From Octopus bimaculoides (taxonomy: Eukaryota): 35,101 nucleotides of DNA. The position numbers were made by a program, and so were the translations under genes. The notes beneath the pieces were generated by a model, which made no database searches, was not told the DNA's origin, and saw nothing but the letters and a program-made list of their open reading frames with translations. Shown piece after piece: positions 11,790 to 24,122 of this stretch. Every line of letters begins with the position of its first letter. Within the stretch, counting starts at the first letter, position 1. The stretch covers positions 13,189,678 to 13,224,778 of the forward strand of contig NC_068983.1 in NCBI RefSeq assembly GCF_001194135.2, written 5' to 3'.

Positions 11790-11970
11790 AATCCTTTCTA
11801 CTAATGTCACAAGGCCTGAACATTTTAGGGCATGGGATTACAGCAACCCCTGTGTTTCACTGGTACTTGATTTATCGACCCCGGTGGAATTTGAACTCAG
11901 AACGTAGCGATGGGCAAAATGCCACTAAGCGTTTTCTCCAGCACGCTAAAGATTCTGCCAGCTCGCTACC
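11790..11970 (-). mobile_element. SINE type C with central deletion
   Basis: TTATCGACC^CCGGTGGAATTTGAACTC junction; head ..TGCCAGCTCGCTACC. Confidence 0.85.
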
Positions 11971-11974
11971 TTTA

Positions 11975-12048
<74 letters not shown>
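11975..12048. repeat. poly(A) + (TAA)n, tail of the adjacent SINE
   Basis: Direct inspection. Confidence 0.9.
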
Positions 12049-12050
<2 letters not shown>

Positions 12051-12262
12051 CCTTCCTACTTTAGGCACAAGGCCTGAAATTTGGTGGATGGAGACAGTCG
12101 ATTACATCGACCTCAGTCTACAAATAGTACTTAATTCTTCGACCCCGAAATGATAAAATGTAAATTCGACCTTGGCGGAATTAGAACCCAGAATGCGAAG
12201 ACGGGCGAAATGCCGCTAAGCATTTCGTCCAGCGCGCTAAGGATTTTTTCCCGCTCACCCGC
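12049..12262 (-). mobile_element. SINE type C, tail variant 2
   Basis: CCTTCCTACTTTAGGCACAAGGCCTGAAATT...TTCGACCTTGGCGGAATTAGAACCCAG. Confidence 0.85.
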
Positions 12263-13543
12263 TCTCATAATAATCATACAGACGTTTAATGAACATTTTA
12301 CTTTGAAGTCGGAGTAAGAGTTCCTAAAATTTTTTAATTGCAGCTGAACACCATATAATGCATACGAACATATATGTGTGCGTTATTAGCTGTTTATGCA
12401 TGTATGTGTATAATTAGATTTGTATGTATGTCGGCATGTGCCAAATTGTATTTGAGTGTGTTTGCGTATATGCATACACGTATCTGTGAGATGAGTGTAT
12501 GCGTGTATGTATACATGTAATCATGATTGTGTAAAGAACATTACCAAGAAGAATTTTTGATAGGAGATTTATCTGTAAATTTGATCGTAGCAGCAAAAAA
12601 CAAAAGCAAACACATTTGTACATCTAGTAGCTTGGAACAGCTACCGCAGAACTATGTAATATCATTAAAACAGACTCTAGAAAACTATATTTGCATTCTC
12701 TTAACATAATTTTATACATTCAATAGTTTTTGCAACCAGTTTTAGTTAGCTATACGACTATATCTGTACTATTCTCATACGTGTAAAACCTATGTATAAT
12801 ATTGTTTATGTGTCACGTGTTTTCAACATAAGCGTTTAAAGAAACGTCTACTTAAAATACCTGTCACATGAATGTTATGAAATTTACCTAAACCAAACCA
12901 AACCACACCAACCTGATTATAGATTTTACTGTCGATATATACAAGTTTGGCAGAGCTTAGAAATAAAGGATCTCCGCTGAAAGCGACGTTGGACATTTAG
13001 CTGTGCGTTCACATGCATTATCTGCACATTGGATTAGAACCTAATCTGACTGAACGTTCTACGTTTCCATGTAGAGTTCTTGTAATTGCCGGTTCCCCCA
13101 GTATGTATGTATGTATGTATGTATGTATGTTTGAGTTTATGTATGTATTTATGTCTGTACTTATATATAATACATATATACACTCAAACAACCAGCGTAG
13201 CGGTTTTACCACGGATTCGAATATTTTGACAATTTAGACAGGATCATATTGTGAACAGCTCTCGCCGAAGTCAAGATATACGATATCAGAGTTCGAACTT
13301 GATCTCTAGGTATAAGGACATCATCGATGTGATGTAGAAGTTGAGTTAGACCTTTTCTACCACAGCGAAAGACATGCTTGATGGCATTTAGACGGTTGTG
13401 GCTTATATGAATATTCGCATGCATGTGTATCCTTGTGCATGTATTCACACTTTTCCAAACCCTCACATACATACATATATGTGTTTAAATGTGTTTATAT
13501 GTATATATATATATATATACATATATATAGTATACAGTATGTA

Positions 13544-13921
13544 GGCACTCCGTCGCTTACGATGCCGAGGGTTCCAGTTGATCCGATCAACGGAACAGCC
13601 TGCTCGTGAAATTAACGTGCAAGTGGCTGAGCACTCCACAGACACGTGTACCCTTAACGTAGTTCTCGGGGATATTCAGCGTGACACAGAGTGTGACAAG
13701 GCTGACCCTTTGAATTACAGGCACGGCAGAAACAGGAAGTAAGAGTGAGAGAAAGTTGTGGTGAAAGAGTACAGCAGGGTTCGCCACCATCCCTTGTCGG
13801 AGCCTCGTGGGGCTTTAGGTGTTTTCGCTCAATAAACACTCACAACGCCCGGTCTGGGAATCGAAACTGCGATCCTATGACCGTGAGTCCGCTGCCCTAA
13901 CCACTGGGCCATTGCGCCTCC
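13544..13921 (-). mobile_element. SINE type A, full length
   Basis: Intact A box TGGCCCAGTGG and B box GTTTCGATTCCC on the minus strand; collinear with other copies. Confidence 0.95.
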
Positions 13922-16125
13922 ACTAGTATATAGTATATATAAATTACAGTATATTTTTGTATGTTGACTAACGCATACATTTCCACAATTCTCAACCGAT
14001 TTTCACTAAAATTTGCACACACCTATGTCCCAAAGATGGTTATGCATTATAACATTTTGCTCAGAGCTGCTGCGTAAAAAGACAAACCGGGAAAAACGGT
14101 GGATGACACGTTTTTTCTCTAATTTGTTGTATGTACATAGTTTTTTGTTGGATGTAGGATCTTCCATACTTTTTAAAATCTATATCGTCGTATATTGGCA
14201 TTAGAGAATATTTTTTTAGTGGTTTTTCACACTTTTTGCTTTATTATTTATTTATAAGTTGTAATTGTATATTATTACTTGGTTAGAGAATATTATAAAA
14301 GTGAAAATATTTTGTCTATTTATTTCGACTCTGATTAAATTGACTAGGAACAGTGTACGCGATGAATATCCAATACCAAACAATCTTAATCACCATATTT
14401 AAACTGCATTAAGCTTTGAAAAGCTTACCTTTACGTATTCTGAGTTACCTGAAAGGTGATGTTCCCTTCTCTCTCTTTTGTTTGTTGATACCTTTCTTTG
14501 CCTACCAATGCGTTGTTTCGCTTTAAGAATGCTTATTTACTTATCCATTATGATATTTCGAACGTGACATCTTTTCACTGCGAACTGCTAAAGATTCAAA
14601 GCAGTATTCGTGAACTGAAGTCAAACTCTTCATGTCTTCATTTTTCGTTACCTGAAGTCAATTTCAGAGTGGTCGTACACTGTAAGCACGTAACAAATAC
14701 ATTCCTTTAACTCTAATTATTCAAGTAGATTGCCAATTTTGAACGTACCAATCATACTTCTCTCCGAAAAAATAGCTCCCTTTGCCGTTGAATAAAAAAA
14801 AATTTACAGAGGGGAAGTTTCAACGTCTTCCTTCAATTTCCTTACTCCATTTATGTGGGTGATTATGACATGAAATTTCGTTTTCGCGTAAAACAACTAT
14901 TTTTTGTAGTCATGATCCGTAATCTACGCCCAAAACACTTCAGCAGCTCTACTTTGCAAACTTATATGTTCTATGATCATTGAAGTGCAATGATATATGT
15001 GGGTGTGTGTTTGTGGGTGTGTGTTTGTGTGTGTGTCTACGTTAATATTTTATAAGCTTAAAGCTTATAAGCGATCTCCACGTACTGACTAAAGAAAATA
15101 GTCTAATATTGTTGAGTTATTCAGCTGAGGTATTATATGTATTAGATGAATTTCTTCTTCCAAAAGCTGTTAGAGAAGTTAGTCAGTACCCTGTATTACT
15201 TGGTGATGGATATCATTGCTATTTCCCGTATGCGCAGCTTGCTTTTCTGCTACGAAAATTATACAGTTATGTAATAAATTAAAATATGGAGTAGATCTGT
15301 CACGAACATTCCAAGTTTGGATAGAGCGGTCATGTTAGCGGTCACTGAGCTTGGATATAAATTGTGACAGGGAAATAAACTTAGCATGATCGATAAGAAC
15401 AGACCTTACAAGCGACAAGTATAGTTCGGCCTTAATAGCAACTCGCCTTTGCGTTTCCATCCATGAAAGGTATACGAAATATCACAAATGGTTTGCAAGC
15501 TTGAAACATCATGTAATGTACTAAAGGATCTTCATGTTTAACTACCATGTATGTACAAAGTGCGGACAAAACGGACACCATCCTATGCTGCATAACATTT
15601 AAAGAAATCCCGCCGATTTTTAAGAAGTAATAGTAGAAGGAGAGGAGCTAAATGTTGATGGTCTTAGTTTAAGAAGATTGTGTGAGCAAAGTTGAACAAC
15701 TATATATACATCTATATCTTTTGATATTGATATCATAATGATTTCAGATGTCTTCAGAGTCAGCATTTAAAAAAAAAAATATTTAATTGTAAACATTTTA
15801 ATTTACATTATGTTAAGAAATTGAAAGCTATATAATCGACGGTGTATTTGCTCTCAATTTCACTGACTCTGTCTCTCACTCTCACTCTCCTCTCTCGTTT
15901 CCTTTCTGTCAGTCTGTCTCTGTCTGTTTTCCTAGGTAAAGGGTGCCTAAGATATCCGATGACAGATTTATGTTTATAAAAAAAAAATAGATATATAATA
16001 ACAGATAATAACTTTATTTATCAAAAAATGCTATGATGGCAAAAATAAACCTTCTTTTCTATAATTTTATTCAGTAAAGCGACATTCAGCTTCAACAGAT
16101 GGTTCTACTTGAGATCTAAATCATC

Positions 16126-16154
16126 TATCAGGTCATCCCATAAGTTCTGTCCGA
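16126..16154 (+). mobile_element. Possible single mariner-like terminal repeat (TA|TCAGGTCATCCCATAAGTTCTGTCCG)
   Basis: Resembles mariner-type termini preceded by TA; partner end not found. Confidence 0.3.
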
Positions 16155-16365
16155 TTTTACCTTTTTTAAAATTGAATGAAATTTTAAAGTATTTTAGAAT
16201 GTCTAATGGAATTTAAAATAATTTTTATGAATTTGTGTGCATTTAAACTAATTAAATATTATGTTACAGAATAATAGAATTAAAATTTCTTTGATTAAAA
16301 TCCTTTCTAAAAGGGAAGTATCGAATGAGCATTGGATACTTGATGCGGGCTTAAAAGGGCTTAAT

Positions 16366-16816
16366 AAAGTTTAATCACCAGACTAAATTACTATTTTATA
16401 AAGTATCGGCCGGGTAAATATCAAAGAGGAGCCTACTGTTTACTAACAAGTAATATAGAAAGGAGTCATATTTGTGCTGCAATAAGTCGGAAAACATCAC
16501 ATACCGGTAAGTTTTTCGATGAAATTTATACCAAATACCACTCTGGTTTGCATTGTCTTTAATTTCCCACATCTCGATTGGTTGATACAAATTGAGCAAA
16601 CTGCTTTCCTTATTGTATTTAGGTTGTTAAACCCTTAGAGATGGTCTGTGTCTAGTTATTGCATAATCTGAATTAAACGATGTGATGTTTTCCGACTTAT
16701 TGCAGCACAAATATGACTCCTTTCTATATTACTTGTTAGTAAACAGTAGGCTCCTCTTTGATATTTACCCGGCCGATACTTTATAAAATAGTAATTTAGT
16801 CTGGTGATTAAACTTT
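16366..16816. repeat. Perfect 137-bp inverted repeat (16366-16502 / 16680-16816) with 177-bp spacer
   Basis: Base-by-base comparison found no mismatch; no TSD seen. Confidence 0.95.
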
Positions 16817-17068
16817 GAACAAAACAAATGTCAAATGAAATTACTTCCACTATATCATGTATGCATGTATGCATGTATGCACTAACAAGAGTTATAGAAA
16901 ATAATTCTAAATGACTCAACATTTTCCTCTTGGTTTCGCTGTAGCTATTGTTGCGGTTTTTGCTGTTTAATACTCGGTCATTTTTAGTTGCTTTAACTCT
17001 AGTCAAGTATTTTTCAACTGTTACCTTATGTTATTTTCAACTGTTTTATTATTACGACTACTAGTGTT

Positions 17069-17444
17069 GGCACTCCGTCGCTTACGACGACGAGGGTTCC
17101 AGTTGATCCGATCAACGGAACAGCCCGCTCGTGAAATTAACGTGCAAGTGGCTGAGCACTCCACAGACACGTGTACCCTTAACGTAGTTCTCGGGAATAC
17201 TCCGCGTGACACAGTGTGACAAGGTTAGCCCTTTGAATTACAGACACAACAGAAACAGGAAGTAAGAATGAGAGAAAGTTGTGGTGGAAGAGTACAGCAG
17301 GGTTCGCCACCATCCCCTGCCGGAGCCTCGTGGAGCTTTAGGTGTTTTCGCTCAATAAACACTCACAACGCCCGGTCTGGGAATCGAAACTGCGATCTTA
17401 TGACCGCGAGTCCGCTGCCCTAACCACTAGGTCATTGCGCCTCC
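17069..17444 (-). mobile_element. SINE type A, full length, with 10-bp target-site duplication ACGACTACTA
   Basis: TSD at 17054-17063 and 17445-17454; short AACAC tail. Confidence 0.95.
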
Positions 17445-18063
17445 ACGACTACTAAATATACATTATTTACTAGTGTTCTCTTTTATATTTAGAAATCGAT
17501 CCAGCCCGATTTTAGGGGTATTTTCCAGCCACATCTAGCAAGTTGAGTGACAACGTGATGCTCACCCTTAGTTGGTTGTGTTCTTTTGAGATATGGTTCT
17601 TCAAATTTTGTTGTTTCTAATTTGATTTAAACCAGCGCAATGATTGTCAATGAAAACATTTATTTTACTTTGCGTCGAGGGCCTTTGCAGAGAAGCTTAT
17701 ATGTTCAATGCCCCTTTTTAGCTTCTAACGACTTTTTGACAGTAAGCATTCTATCAACTTCAATTTAATAATCCATCGGGTGACTGGCATTTATCGTCAG
17801 TGTGTTTAATCAAACGTATAAAAGGAAATGGATATTACGAAGACTCCGATTTTAATTATTATCACCACCCATTGCGAAAGTGTGCTTTTACATAAGGATT
17901 GTAAAATTTATTGATCTCTAGCTGTTCGTATAAAAATCCATACATTAACTACTATAAAATAAAGTCATAAAAAATTTCATACACTTTCCTAAGTTTACTT
18001 CATAAACATGCAACTAACTCGGTTGTCATATTGAAATGAGTAATTAAGGTATTGCAGTTAACT

Positions 18064-18231
18064 AGGCTGTGTGATGGCTGTGTGATATGAACTTTGTTAC
18101 GCAACCATATATGTCTCAGTTTGGTGTAACAGCATGGCACCTTGGGCAAGTGCCTTCTACTACAACCTCGGGTCAACCAAAGTCCTTGTGAATGGATTTG
18201 GTTGACGGAAACTGAAACAAACCCGTCTATG

Positions 18232-18268
<37 letters not shown>

Positions 18269-18421
18269 GTGTCTGTCTGACTGTCTGTCTGCCCGTCCGC
18301 CTGTCCCTCTGTCTGTCTGTCTGTCCCTCTGTCTGTCTGTCTGTCTATCTGTCTGGATGTTTATCTGCTCGTCCGTTTCTCCTTCTGTCTGTCTGTCTGT
18401 CTGTCTGCCTGTCTCTCTCTT

Positions 18422-18470
<49 letters not shown>

Positions 18471-18507
18471 TTCTCTATCTCTCTCTCTCTCTCTCTTTCT
18501 CTCTCTT

Positions 18508-18569
<62 letters not shown>

Positions 18570-19040
18570 NNNNNNNNNNNNNNNNNNNNNNNNNNNNNNN
18601 NNNNNNNNNNNNNNNNNNNNNNNNNNNNNNNNNNNNNNNNNNNNNNNNNNNNNNNNNNNNNNNNNNNNNNNNNNNNNNNNNNNNNNNNNNNNNNNNNNNN
18701 NNNNNNNNNNNNNNNNNNNNNNNNNNNNNNNNNNNNNNNNNNNNNNNNNNNNNNNNNNNNNNNNNNNNNNNNNNNNNNNNNNNNNNNNNNNNNNNNNNNN
18801 NNNNNNNNNNNNNNNNNNNNNNNNNNNNNNNNNNNNNNNNNNNNNNNNNNNNNNNNNNNNNNNNNNNNNNNNNNNNNNNNNNNNNNNNNNNATATATATA
18901 TATATATATATATACGAACATGTTTTTCTGTCCATGTTTGACCTTCACCTACGTTTGACAAGCAGAGATGGTGTGTTTAGGACACCATAACTTAGCATAT
19001 CGGCAAAAGAGACCAACAGAATAAGCACCAGAGTAAAAAT
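18064..19040 (+). mobile_element. SINE type B with hugely expanded internal microsatellite spacer
   Basis: Head/CORE 18064-18227 (GGCACCTTGGGCAAGTGCCTTCTACTAC), (TCTA)/(TCTG)/(TC)/(TA) + gap 18228-18915, tail 18921-19040 (GGTGTGTTTAGG..TAACTTAGC..TCGGCAAAAGAGACC..AGAATAAG). Confidence 0.75.
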
Positions 19041-20045
19041 ATGTAAATTCCATTGCTTTTTCAGGACCATTCTGGACGTTTTACCAGCAAGTATCCACGA
19101 TGTTGCATTGTTCCTTCTTAGTGGAAAAATGCTGATTAGTTATCCATTCCTCAAATGAGAGAAAGATATTTTTTTCCGGCAGCCTGGTGAGATTTAATAA
19201 CTCTTCGCCTTCCGTCTATTATTGCAGATATTTAGCATTTTAATCACCATACGGCTAATTACAGTGTAACAATAAATTTATATTACTTTTTATATACCTG
19301 ATTGAATAGTTTTTTTCGTAGCTGAATACAGCGGCTCTAATATAAATGTTGCAATGACTAGTTTTTATTTCATTTTAGTGCATTTTTCGTGTTATACTTT
19401 ATAAAAATCTGTATATGCCGAAACTTTCTTCAAACATCTCCCAATATATANNNNNNNNNNNNNNNNNNNNNNNNNNNNNNNNNNNNNNNNNNNNNNNNNN
19501 NNNNNNNNNNNNNNNNNNNNNNNNNNNNNNNNNNNNNNNNNNNNNNNNNNNNNNNNNNNNNNNNNNNNNNNNNNNNNNNNNNNNNNNNNNNNNNNNNNNN
19601 NNNNNNNNNNNNNNNNNNNNNNNNNNNNNNNNNNNNNNNNNNNNNNNNNNNNNNNNNNNNNNNNNNNNNNNNNNNNNNNNNNNNNNNNNNNNNNNNNNNN
19701 NNNNNNNNNNNNNNNNNNNNNNNNNNNNNNNNNNNNNNNNNNNNNNNNNNNNNNNNNNNNNNNNNNNNNNNNNNNNNNNNNNNNNNNNNNNNNNNNNNNN
19801 NNNNNNNNNNNNNNNNNNNNNNNNNNNNNNNNNNNNNNNNNNNNNNNNNNNNNNNNNNNNNNNNNNNNNNNNNNNNNNNNNNNNNNNNNNNNNNNNNNNN
19901 NNNNNNNNNNNNNNNNNNNNNNNNNNNNNNNNNNNNNNNNNNNNNNNNNNNNNNNNNNNNNNNNNNNNNNNNNNNNNNNNNNNNNNNNNNNNNNNNNNNN
20001 NNNNNNNNNNNNNNNNNNNNNNNNNNNNNNNNNNNNNNNNNNNNN

Positions 20046-20104
<59 letters not shown>

Positions 20105-20130
20105 TATGTATGTATGTATGTATATAACTA
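20046..20130. repeat. (TA)n/(TATG)n bordering N gap 19451-20045
   Basis: Direct inspection. Confidence 0.9.
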
Positions 20131-20890
20131 TGTGTTTGTGTGTTGACATGTGTCTTACTGTTTGCAAGAACATGTAGGAAATCGCTCTCTCTGCTTCTCT
20201 CACTCTCTTTCGTTACGTAGGTATACACACACACAAATATACACTCACACGCTGACACATATACAAAGATACATACGTACATACATGCATATGCTTACAC
20301 TCTATTGTCACTCTCACTCATCCGTAAAATAACATCTCGTTGAATACTTGCTTAAATGGTTGAACAACGATTCATACCTCTTCATATGCTCCAACAGAAA
20401 AGAAATCTGCAGTGTATTATATTATAGCTACAAATCAAGTTGCCCTTTATTTCATCACATCACTATACATCTTTAAATAAAACTTTCGTTCTAATACATT
20501 TCATACACTTAACGTGGAAATTTTCCACAATATCCATTCGCCAGTATCTCATGTTCCATTAACTGTTTTTCAGCGAGCTCGAGCCGCTATATTGACAGCC
20601 GTCACAACTGACTGTTACACAATTTGGCCAAACAAATGGTGTATACAGGAAGCGAAGAGCTATTTCTATGTTATGTGTTTATTAGAGAGAGAAAGTTTTT
20701 CTTATTCTTATTTGCACGCAATAAAGACATTTAAGCTTTCTTATAAAAGTGATTCATGCGCGTGTGTGCTGATATGTCTCTACAGCGCGTGATTCCATGT
20801 ACACATCCATAATCACATATGTACTCATATAAACACACACACATACACACATACATTTATATATACATACATACATACATATATACATAC

Positions 20891-20940
<50 letters not shown>

Positions 20941-21109
20941 ATATTATTAGGGACAACATCCAAAATTACAGGTAAAAAACTCAATTAAAATCAATTTATA
21001 AAAAATTAAAATTAAATTGAGCCTTATNNNNNNNNNNNNNNNNNNNNNNNNNNNNNNNNNNNNNNNNNNNNNNNNNNNNNNNNNNNNNNNNNNNNNNNNN
21101 NNNNNNNNC

Positions 21110-21409
21110 ATATATATATATATATATGCACTGCATAGACACGCACACACGCATATATTTTATATGTGTGCGTGTATGCCTACAAGCACAAAGACATCCA
21201 TAGGCACACACACATATATATATATACATATATATTTAAATATGCATTGATGCATGAACATATATGTATATAATGTGTATGTGTTCATATATATATATAT
21301 ATATGCACTGCATAGACACGCACACACGCATATATTTTATATGTGTGCGTGTATGCCTACAAGCACAAAGACATCCATAGGCACACACACATATATATAT
21401 ATACATATA
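21110..21409. repeat. ~120-bp identical direct repeat (period 177 bp) next to an N gap
   Basis: TGCACTGCATAGACACGCAC...CATAGGCACACAC at ~21127 and ~21304. Confidence 0.9.
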
Positions 21410-22527
21410 TGTGTGTGTACATGTTTATATATGCTTGAAAATATGTACGTCTGTATTGATTTGCATATGCATATTCAATGTACCAACATATGTATCCCTC
21501 TGAATGTCTTATATGCATTTATATATGCGTGTAAATATATAACTTATAAATATATAGATACATATACATCATTATATTCATTCAGAATGCCCAATACTAT
21601 AAAAATCTTTGGACAACGTTAAATACGCAAAGATCTCGTATTTTCCTAGAGAGGGCGCACCCGCATCATCAACATATCACTTCCGGAAACGATTTGGATT
21701 GGAATCTGTTAAGTTAGGACATTTATATCACTGGGGGTAGAGCAGATGGTCACATCTTAGTGAAGATGAAAAATATTTGCGTCTATTTTTCCCAACATTC
21801 TGGGGATGACAATACTATCAAACGCTTACGCTATGTTCTTAAAACTATTATAATAAAATATATTACTACAATAGGCGTGATAGTGGTGAGCCTCTTTAAA
21901 TGACTCTCTGCCAGGGTAGTTCTCCCTACATATGTAAGGGTATCAGATCTAATAGTGGGTTATAAACGTAAATACTGTAACCGGGATCCTCAACACAATA
22001 AATGCCAAACAATTCTCTTGCCATCCCAACATAGAAGAAAAGCACATCTAATACCACTAGATCCATTGGAAAGGTGAATTGAAAGATTTCATCTAGAGAG
22101 AGAGAGAGAGAGCGAGTAGGAATGATATAATCCCTCCTTTGCCTTGAATATTGATACGTACAAACCTGATATCTTCTTCAAGGCCTAGGATAGGTTATTT
22201 ACTCCTACACAACGAAAACAAGATATTTAACAGACACGCTATTAAACTACTGTATAACTCGTGGAGTTTAGGGAAAGTATAGCTGCCGTAGACATCAAGA
22301 ATCTATACAGTTCTCTGTGGGAGTATTTCTCGAATTTCAATTCGAAACAGTACAGTATGCATTCCGTCGCAGCACGCAGCGAAGAATATGGAACCTCCTC
22401 ACGGAATTGGAACCGTCGATTTCTAATGAAACTCAGTTTAATGTGTCTTCCCCAAAATCGTGTAACGCAGAATCCCTTCATTTTGTCCACTTGTTAATTA
22501 GTGACTTACGAAGAATATAGTTCATAG

Positions 22528-22690
22528 GTGCACAATTTGATAACTTTTGATATTAACAGCCGCACGATTTTCACTAAAAATAAAATTACGGAAGACTGCC
22601 AAGAGTCCCGTGGAGATGAAATGACTGCATTTCGATCGGGAGATCCAAGACTGGGATAGTATAGCCCTTTTCATTTAAGTAAAGACGATT

Positions 22691-22722
<32 letters not shown>

Positions 22723-22866
22723 ACACACACACATACACACACACAAACACACACACACATATTCTTGGTCTCTTCCGTAATTGCAGTCTTGGTAATCTTC
22801 CGTATTTTTTTTTCTTTAGTGAAAATCGTGCGGGTATTAATATCAAAATTTACCCACAATTTGTAC
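22528..22866. mobile_element. Degenerate MITE-like element with ~75-bp imperfect inverted arms and internal (CA)n
   Basis: TTGATATTAACAGCCGCACGATTTTCACTAAA (~22547-22578) vs TTTAGTGAAAATCGTGCGGGTATTAATATCAA (~22815-22846). Confidence 0.65.
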
Positions 22867-23698
22867 AAACGCGGAAATTGTTCATTATATGGAGGTCATA
22901 CCATTTCAATTTAAACAAAGATACTACCATGTCTACTCTTTTAACAACTTCGATAAACGTAAATCAACTTCCATGCCTTATGGTATAGGACTTCAAAATA
23001 GGCAAGATACCTATATGGACAGAGGGGATGAGTGTAACGTATTCTCAATGGAAACGCTTGAGATCATAAACATTAAGAATATTTCGATATGAGATTTTAA
23101 TACGGTACCCGCACAAATACTACAGGACGTTTGCGAAACTTCTATGACCTTAACTTTTTTCATCAATGTTACATAATTAACTCCCTCACTATGCGAACCT
23201 ATTAACACCTAACCTAAAATAATTACCCACCCTAGTAAACTAACTGTGTAGTTCATTTAGTTATTCTTGGGATTCTATAACTTTTATCATTAAGTTGCCG
23301 ATCCCTTTAGGTAAACCCATTATTCAGTCGATATAATGGGTAAAGAACCAGTACTTATTAACTCTAACCTAAACTACCTCTTAGGAACATCAATCATGCA
23401 CCGAGTCTGTGCACCATCTGATACTTAATTTATCCACACCGTAATGCTTTCATTGTCAACACTCGACTCCACTAAATACTTCTACCACCATACATAATTG
23501 TTTCCCCAACTTAAGCTTATACACTTTTTTCAGATATCATCCCAAGTTTTGTATATTTACATTGCATATTGTTCTTTTTTCTGCTATTTTTCTATAATGT
23601 TTTATTATCTCATATAATTTTCCTTATCAAACAACTTTGTTCACATTATTTACATTATTTACATTTGACGGATATTTCTCCTCATCTTGTTTGTTGTT

Positions 23699-23744
23699 AA
23701 CACAACGTTTCAGCTGATATACCCTCCAGCCTTCGTCAGGTGTC
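23699..23744 (-). ncRNA. Minimal type I hammerhead ribozyme motif, core intact
   Basis: GACAC-CUGACGA-A-GGCUG(GAGGGUAUAU)CAGCU-GAAA-CG-UU|GUGUU: stem I GACAC/GUGUU, stem II GGCUG/CAGCU, palindromic ACGU stem III, predicted cleavage between 23704 and 23703. Confidence 0.7.
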
Positions 23745-23834
23745 TTGGGGAAATTTCGAACCTAGGTTCTCATTCCTAACGATGTTACTATTATTATTAT
23801 ATTATTATTATTACTATTATTATTACTATTATTA

Positions 23835-23911
23835 ATCAGGTCGCTGCCGTGAATCGAACTCGGAACCTTGGGGTTAGTAGCCCTCGCTCTTAACCACTAC
23901 GCCATATGCCC
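23835..23911 (-). promoter_or_regulatory. tRNA-like Pol III internal promoter (A box TGGCGTAGTGG, B box GAGTTCGATTC)
   Basis: Boxes correctly spaced; anticodon-like arm GGG-CTACTAA-CCC; this is a SINE head, not a tRNA gene. Confidence 0.7.
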
Positions 23912-24076
23912 GTGGTTAAGAGCGCGGGCTACTAACCCCAAGGTTCCGAGTTCGATTCACGGCAGCGACCTGATTAATAATAGTAATAATAATAGTAATA
24001 ATAATAATATAATAATAATATAATAATAATAGTAACATCGTTAGGAATGAGAACCCAGGTTCGAAATTTCCCCCAA

Positions 24077-24122
24077 GACACCTGACAAAGGCTGGAGGGT
24101 ATATCAGCCGAAACGCTGTGTT
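24077..24122 (+). ncRNA. Hammerhead motif copy with two core mutations, probably inactive
   Basis: GACAC-CUGACAA (G8 to A)-A-GGCUG..CAGCC-GAAA-CG-CU (U16.1 to C)-GUGUU. Confidence 0.55.

Noticed and set aside
13001-13100. Candidate exon LCVHMHYLHIGLEPNLTERSTFPCRVLVIAGSP
   Set aside because: The GTATGT donor is simply the start of a (GTAT)n microsatellite; weak acceptor; no recognisable protein.
15330-15460. METQRRVAIKAEL, possible Tc1 transposase N-terminus (minus strand)
   Set aside because: Only a short weak resemblance; no downstream DDE motifs or TIR pair identified.
21110-21409. Identical ~120-bp direct repeat as a biological duplication
   Set aside because: It abuts an N gap and is identical, so a gap-edge assembly overlap is at least as likely; kept only as a repeat feature.
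22242-22520. Overlapping 67-82-aa ORFs of moderate complexity
   Set aside because: No recognisable motif or convincing splice signals; within chance expectation.
23835-23985. tRNA gene
   Set aside because: No proper acceptor stem; it is a SINE head within a TSD-flanked insertion. The same applies to the other SINE heads.
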